A stretch of DNA of 64,000 nucleotides, taken from Octopus bimaculoides. Taxonomy: Eukaryota. The notes beneath the pieces are model-generated. The model saw only the letters and a list, made by a program, of their open reading frames with translations, searched no databases and was not told the origin of the DNA. This document shows, in pieces, positions 52,371-64,000 of this stretch. The first letter of the stretch is position 1. Each line of letters opens with the position of its first letter. The stretch is taken from positions 19,670,188 through 19,734,187 of the forward strand of contig NC_069003.1 of the NCBI RefSeq assembly GCF_001194135.2. The letters are read 5' to 3'. A program made the translations under genes and the position numbers.

Positions 52371-54069
52371 TATTCAGATTTCTGAAAATCAAAGTAGAAG
52401 ATAATACTCAAAATATGGCATAGAGTTCATATCTTTTATTTAAGCATAATCACCCGCTTCAGTGTGTATGTGTTTGAATACACACACACACACACACACA
52501 CACAGCATGGATCTTCATTCTTCTGTCATCCCTCTGTCTCTCTTATTCACTTTCCCTGTCATGTTGTCCTGAACAGATAAGCACATCTTAAAGTAGTGAG
52601 GGTTTTTGTGGGGTACAGAGGAACTGCATTAATGCAGATGCTACAGCTAAATGTACCCAATACACTACACTCTAAAGTGGTTGGCAAATGAGCAGACACA
52701 ACATAGGGGTCGAGATGATCCTCTGGTCTTGAAAAACATGACAACTTCTGTACAGCTGGTACCATGACAAAATGCACCCTATACATTCTATACAACGTTT
52801 GGTATTAGGAAAATATCATCCAGCCATAGAAACCAAGTCAAATATGAAATGTATGAGCAAGATGTCTGCTGACCTGTCTACAAGAGCAGTAAGTTCAAAT
52901 AAGAATTCTCAAGCTGTGATGACCCATCCAAGCCTTGCCAACAAGGAAAGCAAATGTAAAATGATGATGGAGGAGGAGGAGGGGGAGGAGGGGGATGAAG
53001 CTGTGGACCAAGAGGNNNNNNNNNNNNNNNNNNNNNNNNNNNNNNNNNNNNNNNNNNNNNNNNNNNNNNNNNNNNNNNNNNNNNNNNNNNNNNNNNNNNN
53101 NNNNNNNNNNNNNNNNNNNNNNNNNNNNNNNNNNNNNNNNNNNNNNNNNNNNNNNNNNNNNNNNNNNNNNNNNNNNNNNNNNNNNNNNNNNNNNNNNNNN
53201 NNNNNNNNNNNNNNNNNNNNNNNNNNNNNNNNNNGGGGGGGGGAGGTGATGGCTTAGACTGGAGGAAGAGGCCATGTTCATGGTCTTCTTAAATCTTTCA
53301 AAACCTGTGCAATTAATGTTACAGTTGTTCAAGAACATGAAGAGGTCAACAGCTTCAGGAAGAGTATAGACAAGGAGTATAGACAATTGATGTGCTGAGA
53401 AGAAAGGATTGGACATAATGGTTAATGAGAGCCTAGGAGAAGTGGATATAATAAGGGTGATAGGAGGAGAGAGAAGTCAGTCTGGTGGTCAAAGACCTGT
53501 CAGTTTCATGGATCACAGGCCAATGTAACACAGCAAAAACAATGGTGTGCTGTGAACATCCACTTATTTGTTTCAAGCATAGTATATCTAAGACTACATT
53601 ATCTCATGTGTCCTTTCATTTTTCAAGATAGTAGGGTAGTAGTAATCCAAAAGAGATTTTGTTACTTTTTCTTGCAAGATAAGTGACCATACACAGCCCT
53701 CACATTAATTCATCCCATATGAGATGGCAAGGACAAGAGCTAAGTTTCAGCCTGAAATTATGTTTCATTCAATGGCATTCTAGCCGTGACCACGTCCTTT
53801 TTTTCAAGCACAGTATATCTAAGACTACATTATCTCAAGTGTCCTTCCATTCAGACAGTGTATCCAAAAGTTATTTGCTTCTGTCTTGAGTACACACCTT
53901 CTCCTGTTTTTATTTTGCAGACTTGACTATGCCATTAAGTTCACTTCCCAGCCACAAGGCTTCTGATGAGTCTCACTACATAGCATTTTGAGTAAGGGCC
54001 TTTTTCAATAGCCCCTAGCCAACAGAAGTCTTATGAGTGCATCTGAAGGTCAGAAACTGAAAGAAGCTG

Positions 54070-54210
<141 letters not shown>

Positions 54211-54340
54211 CTTGTCTTCACATCATATGGTGATGGTAAGCAATTGTTACTGTCATACAAATGGTGTCATTTGTTTCCCAGCCTACATAAAGTTTGGTTA
54301 TAGGAAAATATCACCTTGGGTGGAAACAGATGAATATTAA

Positions 54341-54562
54341 CCCTTTTGATATCAACCTGGCTGAAACTGCCTCTGGCTCTGTAGTACAAATGTCTTGTTT
54401 TCAAAAATTCTGAATTAAAATCTTCCACCAAACTTTACTCACAATTTATGTTCCTAACATAAGCTTAATGATAACTAAGTTATTTTACTAAATTCTTTGT
54501 TGTATTTAAAATTAATTGAAAGAAACACAGAGCATCTCAAAAGAAATACAATAACAAAAGGG
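54341..54562. mobile_element. piggyBac-like MITE (left TTAA intact, right TTAA not seen)
   Basis: TTAA|CCCTTTTGATATC ... CAATAACAAAAGGG. Confidence 0.6.
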
Positions 54563-57500
54563 CATCCAGTCATGCATGTGTGGAAAGTAAATGTGAACAT
54601 GATGATGAGGATAATGATGATGACAATGATGTGTACTTTCAAGATTGATAAAACCTATATATTTTTATTGATACAAATATCATCACCACATCAATTTAGA
54701 AATATGCATACACAGAGACATTTCCGTTTTACAGAACAGATACAACAAATTATAATAACAATGGAAAAATAAAAAATTAAAAAAGAAATGTTAAAATAAA
54801 ACAAACATGTCAAATCATTGAATTAAATCCAAACGTAAGTATAAAGAAAAAGAATGCACACACACACAAACACACTCACATATACAATACAAGACATAAC
54901 TGTCTAATATTCATTGATATGATTACAAGCCAGTCAGAATTTAAAATGAGATTCATTGAAATATTCCTGCTAAAATGTTTTAGTTTAGTATAAATGCAAA
55001 TTTCTGTCAATTTTATGTCAAATTTAAAACTTTTTTTTGTTTCTTTTCACTCCAAGATTATAATATATATATCCTTTTCAATCTCTAGGTTAATATGATT
55101 TTCCCAATGTAAGGTAATAGCCATATCAGTTATTATGGAATTGCTTCATTTGGACATATCAGCATAATCTTTCTTAATAAACAAAACATTACATATATTC
55201 TAAATATACAGAGGGTGGTTCTGGGGTCATAGTGAGGATGACAACAACAAAATAAAATATCTACAAAAAGAAAATACATATTACAAAAACAAAAATAGAT
55301 TTTCTTTTAGAATGCGTTTTGTGAAATAGCACACAACCTCCAATAATAGGAATTAATAAAGAATTAACAAAAAGAAGGAAAAGAAATTTGAGTGAAAGAT
55401 TATATAAGAGATGGCTTAATTGAAGCTATGAAAATGTGAGGTATTGACTGGGACAACTGATATAATGTGCTAAAAAGGATAAATATTTTCATATTAAAAA
55501 CTGATAAAAATAAAGCATTTTAGACTTTTTTTTTTAAATATTACAACAAAAAGAAACAAAACAAATATGAATAAATAAAACTATGCAAATTTTAATCCAA
55601 ACTTTTTGAAGATATTCCCTGGAAAATTTTGTTCTGGATTTCATTCTATGGTAAGTTTTAATGAAAACGTAAATATAAAGGAGTGGCTGTGTGGTAAGAG
55701 GCTTGTTTCCCCAATCACATGATTCTGGGTTCAGTCCCAGTGTGGCACTCTGGGCTAGTGTCTGCTACTATAGCGTCAGGACAACCAAAGCCTTGTGATT
55801 GGATTTGGTAGTGGGAAACTGAAAGAAGCCTGTCACATATATATATATATATATCTACAAAGAATGGGGGTTTAGTTCACAGGTAATCTAAATGATTAGG
55901 TATGCTAGGTACAGCAGAGCTCCTTTTCCCTCTCTGCTGTACATCCACTCGGTCAAGTGAGATTTTAGATTTGCAAGCTACACGGTGTCCTCACTAGTGT
56001 TGGTGCCATGACAAAAGCAACCAGAACAGTGGTTGGTATTAGAAAGAGCATTCAGCAGTAGAAACCATGACAAAGAAAACACATCAGATCTTGTCAGATT
56101 GTATGATGAACTTTATATTATCCCACCCAAGGACATAAAATGTCTATGTTTTTATAAATGCAGGCATGGCTGTATGGTAAGAAGTTTGCTTCCCAACAAC
56201 ATGGTTCCAATTTCAGTCCCACTTGGGCAAATGTCTTCTACTATAGCCTTGAGTCAACCAAAACCTTGTAAGTGGATTTGGTAGAGGGGAAACTGAAAAA
56301 AGCCTGTCATGTGTGTGTGTGCATGCACATGTTTTTGTGTATGTGTTTATCTCTCACCACAGCTTGACAATTGATGTTCGTGTGCTTACATCCCCATAGC
56401 TTATCAGTTCATTGAAAGAGACTGATAAAATAAATACCAGGCTTTAAAACACTAAAAATTCCTCCAGGTGGTACCCCAGTGTGGCTGCACACAGTCTAAT
56501 GACTGAAACAAGAAAAAGACAGAAGATGGTCTAACTTGTTTGTACAAATAAATGACTGTTATTGTTATGCTTAGAGCTCCATATAGATTATCATCATCCA
56601 GTCTGCTTCCAGCAGAGTGAATAAGCAATTATTATACTCAGTAGTATTATTACTAGTTGTGATATAAAGAGTAGATGTAGGAGAAATTACAATGAGTACA
56701 AGTTTATATCATTGGTTCTTTTGTATGTTTTACCATTCTGATTGTTTGGAACTCCGCATTGGATGTTCCAATTGCAATATGTGTGTGTGTATGTGTGTGT
56801 GTGTGTGTGTGTCTATAAATATACATATATATATATATATATATGTGTATGTATGCGTATTTATATATGTGTGCGTGTGGGTGTGTCTATAAATATATAT
56901 ATATGTATGTATGTATGTATGTATGCGTATTTATATGTGTGTGTGTGTGTATTAAGAAGCCACTGAATTGTCAAAACAGCTATATAGGATTACCATGGAT
57001 TACCTTTGTTCTTAATATTTCATGTAACATTTGTGTATTCAAACAAATATTTTCATCCGTTCAAATATATTTGGGATGTATTTGACATGTAAAACAGTCA
57101 TTTTCAGTGCAGTCTGATATGGAAACAATTCTCAAATCACCAACAGCCATGTCACGGCATCATCTATTGGAATGATGAAATGCATTTTAAGCCAGAATAT
57201 AGATAATGCTGGTGTTCTTGAAGTCTTTCACTGGCTTTGGTCACTGGATTGTGGTTGGACTGGAACACTGTCTTCTAAAGATTTAGCCTATTACATCAAC
57301 TTCAATACTTAGTTCAAGCTTATAATCATTTCTCACTATTTACCAAACTGCTAAATCATATCGCTTTTGGGGAGGTAACTTGATGCACCGATTTACACTA
57401 TAGCACACGCACACACAAATACATATGTAATTGAATTTCCGTCAGTTTTGATGAGTGTTCAGCTGTTCAGTCAACTAAAACTATCTACTCATCAATGTAG

Positions 57501-58913
57501 TAAGTGGCTGAGAATTCCACAGATGTGTAACCTTAACGTTACAGAACCAGTGTAACACTGTGTGGCAAGGATGCACCTTTAAATCACAGACACAGTCCAT
57601 TTGATGACCCTCCACACTGGTTCTGCTCATTTAATTTCACTCACGTCTTGGGTTGACTCAAGGTTACAGAAATGGGCACATTCTCTCAAGATGCCACCCA
57701 CTGGGATTGAAACCTAAACCTCATGATTGCAAAGTGAAGTTCTTAAAATTTTGATCATGGTACATCCTTATCATCATCATCATCATCATCATTAATTGTA
57801 ACATCCACTGGTCAGACAGAAAACATTGGACAGATACACTTCTTGTCACCAGCCCTCACCTGTTTTTAAGTAAGGGAGTATTTCCTTTTGGCCAGACACG
57901 TTTGTCATTGAAGATTGGAAATGAATGACATTGCTTGCATGATGGTGATGTTTAGAAGCATTACATGATGTAAAGACAGACACACACATACACACACAGT
58001 TAATATCACTAGAGTTATATGTCCACTTTCCATGCTGGTGCATGGGTTAGACAGGTTGTTGCAGTTGGAGTCACAATATATTTGGGGGTACTGTAGTTTG
58101 GAAAACTGTATGTATGCATGTACATATATCATTACCATAATGTGTGTGCATTATACAATATATATGAGCCTATGGTGTCATATAAAACGAGTGTATATAT
58201 CTACAATGTTTTATATATAAGTGATGCATTTATGATATTATCAACCTATATCTCCTGTGTGTGCGTGCGTGCGTGCGTGCGTGCGTGCATGTGTGATATG
58301 TAGCAGCACTCTAAGATGATAATAGGACTTTTATATGTTTGAAAAATGCTTATAGCTGGATAATTTTCCAGCTTTCAGTTTAATTTTATTTACTTTTTTT
58401 TTAATTAATGGGGCAATTTAGGTTAATTATTTGAAATCAATGCAGCAATTAATACAGCTGATGGTCTAAAATAACCTAGAGATAGCCAATATCTGACATA
58501 AATATAACACCAATATAAGTTGGTTTATTATAGAAACATTGGGGTGTGTCGATAATAAACCAATTCAATTCAATGAAACTCTACCTCTTGCTAGGCTTAA
58601 CCTATGCAATCTTTCTTGAAACATTGAAGAAAATCTTCACCAATTATTTTAAATTCTATTGTATTGTTATGTGCCTATGAATATATTCCACATGGTAGTG
58701 GGGTTAAGAAGTTTGCTTTACAACCATATGGTTTTGGGTTCAGTCTCACAGTGTGGCATCTCAGGTAACTGTTTTTTGCACTATAGCCTCAAGATAACTA
58801 ATGTTTTATAGGTGAAACTGGCAGACAGAAGCTGTACTGAATCCCACTCTTCATATATACACACACAATGTGTGTGTGTATGCATGTATGAGCTTTTCAA
58901 ACAACTAATTTAC

Positions 58914-59042
58914 AAAACTGGTCAATAATTGTAGAATATTGGGTGTATAAAACTGGCAAATAGTCATAGAATGTTGCATGTATAAAACTGACCAGTAATT
59001 TGTGGGAATAAAATTGACCAATGATGGTAAAATGTTTGGTGT
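58914..59042. repeat. Degenerate ~35-bp minisatellite, ~4 units
   Basis: aaaactgg/aaaactga/aaaattga at 58914, 58949, 58984 and 59010. Confidence 0.75.
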
Positions 59043-59046
59043 TTAA

Positions 59047-59520
59047 CCCTTTGGCATTTAAAAGCTGGTCATATCCAGCCCAAATATTCTACCTGTTTTA
59101 TGTTCAAACCAGCTAGATCCAGCCTATCACACCAACCCTTCAATGTCATTTTAAAAATAAAATCACATCATCAAAATTTTGAAGCTACAAGATAGATAAT
59201 GCATGATTAATTGAAAACAATGTGAATGTAAAGACATTACATTTGACAGAATAATCAGAAAGCTAATGATAAAAATGATAGAGATCCTTCCTGAGTCATA
59301 CAGACTCATAGAGCTGATTTCCTGGATTCTGTGAAGCATATATTCTCCCCCCCTGGATGGGATGCCAGTCCATCACAAGATTACTCATTTTACCAGCTGA
59401 GTGTACTAGAGAAATGTGAAATGAAGTGTTTTGCTCAAGAACACAACACAATCTTATGATCATGAGTTCAACATCCTAACCACTAAGCCATGTTCCTCCA
59501 CTAATCTGAATGCTAAAGGG
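59047..59520. mobile_element. piggyBac-like non-autonomous element with TTAA TSDs and a nested SINE
   Basis: TTAA|CCCTTTGGCATT ... AATGCTAAAGGG|TTAA. Internal ~59280-59503 carries the gtgttttgctcaagaacacaa SINE core also seen at ~10950, 23630 and 32370. Confidence 0.8.
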
Positions 59521-61719
59521 TTAAAATTCGAAATAGAATGTTCCATGAAAGTTTATCTAAACAAATATAAGAAAATGTATGAAAAATTATATTTTTTATT
59601 TAGTGATTTTGTTAATTCATTTTTCTATATCAGTAGAGGCTAAATATGCCTAAGCATGCAGCTGCTAGTGGGTGCTTGTTACTGATAATCATCATCATCA
59701 TCAACATTTAACATCCGTTTCCATGCTGCCATGAGTAAGATGGCTTGACAGGAGCTGGCAAGGCCAGAGCCACAAAGTTCCATAGTCTATTTTGGCTTGG
59801 TTTCTAGAGATGGATGCCTTTCCTAATGCCAACCACTCCACAGAGTGTATTGGGTACTTTTTCCATGGCACCATCACCAGTGCTTTTTATGTAGCACTAG
59901 CACTAGTGCTTTTCACATGGCACCAGTGCCCACAACAATGCTTTTTACATGGCACCTTGGTTTTAGGATTTCAGTTCTGTTGTGGAGGGGCAGGTCTTCT
60001 CGAGTGCAGTAATGTGCCACATTTCTTAGTCCACCACCGCTGCTAGACAATTTTTGTTTGTTACTGATATTTTTCTGTACTTTTTAGCACTATACATCTA
60101 TAAGAAATGCTTTCTTGAAACAAATACTGCAGTTGTGTAGCTTTCAACAGTACATCCGTTTTGAGTGAGATACACAGAATGCTATTAGAATATCAAAGAT
60201 ATATAAAGAAAAATGTTCATAATGACCTTTCTCTCTCTCTCTTTGTCTCCTAATGGTAGGAGGAGCTTAAGGGGGCTGCAAGCCCTTTTAATCCTCTCCT
60301 CCCTTCCTACTTTTTAGGGAACCTGATATATATGTACTTAGAAAGATACTGATCTTAACCTTAAAGTAGTACCCCAACCATCAAACCTACTAACTGTAGC
60401 AACACATTTTTTTTTTTTTTTCAGATCAGAGCCAAACATCAAAACTTGAAGAAATCAGGGAAAAGGAAAAGAAAACAAAAGAAAGAACGAAAGAAAAGAT
60501 GAAAGAAAGAACAGTTTCAAAGATGGATGATAATTTGATAACAGTTTACCTTTACCATAAGTTAAAAGAAAAAGAAAAACCAAACAAAAAAAAGATTTCT
60601 ATTTTTAGTCCATCTAAATAAAGACTAATAATAGTAATAACAACAATAATAAGAGCAGGAATAAANNNNNNNNNNNNNNNNNNNNNNNNNNNNNNNNNNN
60701 NNNNNNNNNNNNNNNNNNNNNNNNNNNNNNNNNNNNNNNNNNNNNNNNNNNNNNNNNNNNNNNNNNNNNNNNNNNNNNNNNNNNNNNNNNNNNNNNNNNN
60801 NNNNNNNNNNNNNNNNNNNNNNNNNNNNNNNNNNNNNNNNNNNNNNNNNNNNNNNNNNNNNNNNNNNNNNNNNNNNNNNNNNNNNNNNNNNNNNNNNNNN
60901 NNNNNNNNNNNNNNNNNNNNNNNNNNNNNNNNNNNNNNNNNNNNNNNNNNNNNNNNNNNNNNNNNNNNATATATATCTTCTACATTTTACTTGTTTCCAT
61001 CATTAGACTGTGGCCATGCTGGGGCACTACCTTGAAGAACATTCAGTTGAATGAATTGACCCCAGCACATTTAAAAAAAAACAAAAAAAACTGGTACTTA
61101 TTCTTTTTGTCTCTTTTGCTGAACTGCTAAGTTACAGGGACATAAACACACCAACTCCAGTTGTCAAGCAGATACATAGATACTGACTGATCAATCAACC
61201 AAAAGATAGATAGCCAGACAGACAGACAGGTAAATAGATATAAATACATTTATTTTACGTCCATTTTTTTCCATACTTGCATGGGTTGAACAAATACATA
61301 TTGAGGCATTGTTTCACAAGCTGGATGTCCTTCTCATCTCTAACACTAAGTAAGGGGATTGCACTTGGCTTCATCACTGCAGAGCTAGAGGATGATTTTA
61401 TTGGTAGTGAATGTTAACAAACAACAAAGCTGTTAGTTCACTACTTTTATGTGAAGCACAGAATATCAGCATTCATCCAAAGACATTAGTTGGTCTTATA
61501 CTAAATTAACATACATTTACCCATACATATAACATATTTTCTGGCATATAAGCTGAGATTTTTGGATTAGAATTTACAATCAAAAGAGGTAGGTTAACTT
61601 ATGTACACCAAGACAGCTTTGGAGGAGCAAAAATTCCAAGTGAAATGCAGTAAGATTAGAAAAGATAGTAACGATGTTTGAATGTTTACACTATATACTA
61701 CATCGATTTGTATGCTGGA

Positions 61720-62030
61720 AAATATGGTGACCTTGTCGGTGTTGGTGCCACGTAAAAAAGCACCCAGTCCACTCTGTAATGTGGTTGGCAGTAGGAAGAG
61801 CATCCAACCATAAAAACCATGCCAAAACAGACTTCGCCAGTGTTAGTGCCACATAAAAAAAGCATCCAGTCCACTCTGTAAAGTGGTTGGCATTAAGAAG
61901 GACATCCAGCTGTAAAAACATGCCAAAACAATGGAACTTGGTACAGTCCTCTGGTTTGCCAACTCCTGTCAAACTGTTCAACCCATGCCAGTATAGAAAA
62001 CAGACATTAAATGATGATGATGATGATATA
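61720..62030 (+). mobile_element. RTE-tail-sharing element with an internal ~105-bp tandem duplication
   Basis: gtgccac(g/a)taaaaaagca.ccagtccactctgtaa.gtggttggca occurs twice, then (GAT)n. A related minus copy lies at ~59690-60040. Confidence 0.75.
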
Positions 62031-63344
62031 CATGTGTGTGTACACACACACACATTCCCCTGGTCTTTTTGACAACAAACCACACAACAGCCAGACATGA
62101 TTTTAATGTAGACATAAACATTAACACAGCCTAAATGGTAACATGGTAACATTGTTTTATGCTTTAAGCATGCAAAACAATGTCAAAACACAGATAGGAA
62201 GACAGACATACAAATACTTGCAGGATCTAATACAGCTTCTGTCTATCAATTTCACTCACAATGTGTTAGTTACCCGGAGGCTATAGTAGAAGACACTTGG
62301 CCAAAGTGCTACAGAGCAAGTACAAATTCAAAACCATAAGGTTACAAAGCCAAGTTCTTTACCATACAGTTATGTCTGTACCAATTCCAGAATAATCCAT
62401 TTTAAACTATTTCTGTGTAAACATTTTCAAACAGGCTTTATTATGTTAATCATATTTCTTCATCTTAGAAGGCTTTAAACAAAAAAACCCAACCCTTTAT
62501 GCACATTTTCCCCCCGTTGATAAAGAAATGGAAAAGAAAATTCCTTACATAATGTGAGAGGGAGAGAGAAATAGTTAATATATGACATTAACACTGAGGA
62601 TAGTTTGGATGTAATCTCACTCAACAATAACAACACCTACTGTGACTGCCACCACGAGCACCATAAAGAATTATCTGTATCATGTCATTATCCAAACTCA
62701 GAGCTGCAAAATATGAGAAGTCACAGCCAAAAGATTTGCAAAGATCAAATGTTTTTCATTAAAGAGGTTTGCTATGAAAACGTCCATGCCAGTTACTGTG
62801 ACCACCTCATTACTAGAAAAACTTTCTCCAGCAAATCAAATCAACATCCAAGACAGAACAAAGAATCTGGCTATGTTTTTGTGTACCTGTGCCTATCAAA
62901 TTGCTATTTTTAATAATATAAGAAACTCATATAAATTTTTATGTTGATGCCACAACCCTAATATGAGTTTCTGCAAATAGGGTTGCTCTGATGTTGATGC
63001 TTGGTCTTGCTTTTGGCTTCTTTTTATTTTCTTAACCCATTTACTTTCTTTTCTGTCTTTATTACTTTTAGTTATTGAACTGCAGCCATGCTGGGGGACT
63101 GCCTTTAAGAGTTCTAGTTAATCGTATTGACCAATACTTGCTCTACCTTCACCTTTGCTCTGCTGTCAATCATCATTCCCACCTGATACTTGTTATTGAT
63201 ATCCATCATTAACTTTCACTATTTTTTTGAGCTCTTGGACTCATAACACCAGTGACATGGTTTACATGGTATACAAGTGACTGAGATCACATCGTTCCCC
63301 CACTCCTGAATGGAATGCCGATACACTGCAGACTTCAATGCCAG

Positions 63345-63530
63345 CAGTTTTGATAGGAGGGAGCAAGTCATTTACGTCAACCCCAATACTTGACTGGTAC
63401 TTTATTTTATTGATTCCAAAGGGATGAATGGCAAAGCTGACATCAGAGTTAAGAACTCAGTACATAAAGATTTAGAAGAAATGCAGCTTGGCATTTTTGT
63501 CTGACATGCTAATGATTCTGCCAGTTTGCC
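63345..63530 (-). mobile_element. SINE family A
   Basis: ctggtactttattttattgattccaaagggatgaatggcaaagctgac. Confidence 0.8.
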
Positions 63531-63857
63531 ACCTACTCTTACCATTATTCACCTCTATTACTATCCAGCCCTCTCTCCCACTCCCAACCATTCTGTTTCT
63601 ATTATCATGCTCTTGTTCCTTTCAACCATCAGTCCTAGTTCTTTTTTCATTGCTCTCTCTTCTGTTCACCTTCTCAAACACATTGTCTAAGAGAATATGA
63701 ACATGTCATAGAATATACAGGATTCCTAACTCTTACAGGGTACAAGGTAACTTCACGAGTGCCGGTGCCGTAATAAAATGCACTTGGTACACTCTGTTTA
63801 GTGGTTGATGATAGTAAGGGCATCTGGCCATAGAAAACAAGTCAAATATGAAATGTA

Positions 63858-64000
63858 TTAGATTGTCAGAAAATTCATTCACTCCCTACCCGATTATTTT
63901 CGTCATTTTTCATCAACAATTTTAATAAATCAGCCAATAATATATTCTCCCTTATTGTTCATGATTCCTTGCTAGTGTTCTGCTAGCTTGTCAATGCCTT
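63858..64000 (-). mobile_element. 3' end of a second mariner element (continues beyond the window)
   Basis: Minus strand reads GIDKLAEH*QGIMNNKGEYIIG*. TA followed by the TIR-like ttagattgtcagaaaatt. Confidence 0.7.

Noticed and set aside
53963-53990. CTGATGAG motif
   Set aside because: No downstream GAAA core or closing stems.
58914-59042. Regularly spaced ~35-bp repeats as a possible CRISPR array
   Set aside because: Eukaryotic context, degenerate units and no unique spacers; it is a minisatellite.
62641-62703. Minus-strand 63-nt AG/GT-bounded frame LSLDNDMIQIILYGARGGSH, vaguely like the PDZ betaF 'V.L.VARG'
   Set aside because: The spacing does not fit the PDZ motif and the splice sites are modest; probably chance.

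Overview
AT-rich, repeat-dense eukaryotic genomic DNA from a gapped short-read assembly. The SINE, RTE and microsatellite landscape looks like an octopus genome (inference from repeat content, not confirmed). The only securely recognisable host coding sequence is one 135-bp minus-strand exon (6100-6234) encoding the first half of a PDZ domain that matches PDZ2 of MPDZ/MUPP1/Patj-family scaffolds. The ~58 kb upstream of it appears to be intronic: no L27 or PDZ1 exon is visible, although N-gaps could hide some. That space holds RTE, CR1 and Tx1-like LINE fragments, several SINE families, two mariner elements, several MITEs and many microsatellites. Three observations stand out. (1) A ~420-bp AT-rich insert between (TA)n tracts carries a complete type I hammerhead-ribozyme core with a ~50-bp helix II and a self-complementary helix III (Penelope/retrozyme-like). 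(2) A CpG-containing cluster at 40.3-44 kb has a candidate alternative first coding exon that would splice in frame to the PDZ exon and give an isoform lacking L27 and PDZ1. (3) An 82-bp-arm foldback 2.7 kb downstream of the PDZ exon loops out a 36-nt exon-like segment. Most ORF-track entries are microsatellite, gap or TE artefacts. Repeat boundaries are approximate unless termini are quoted.
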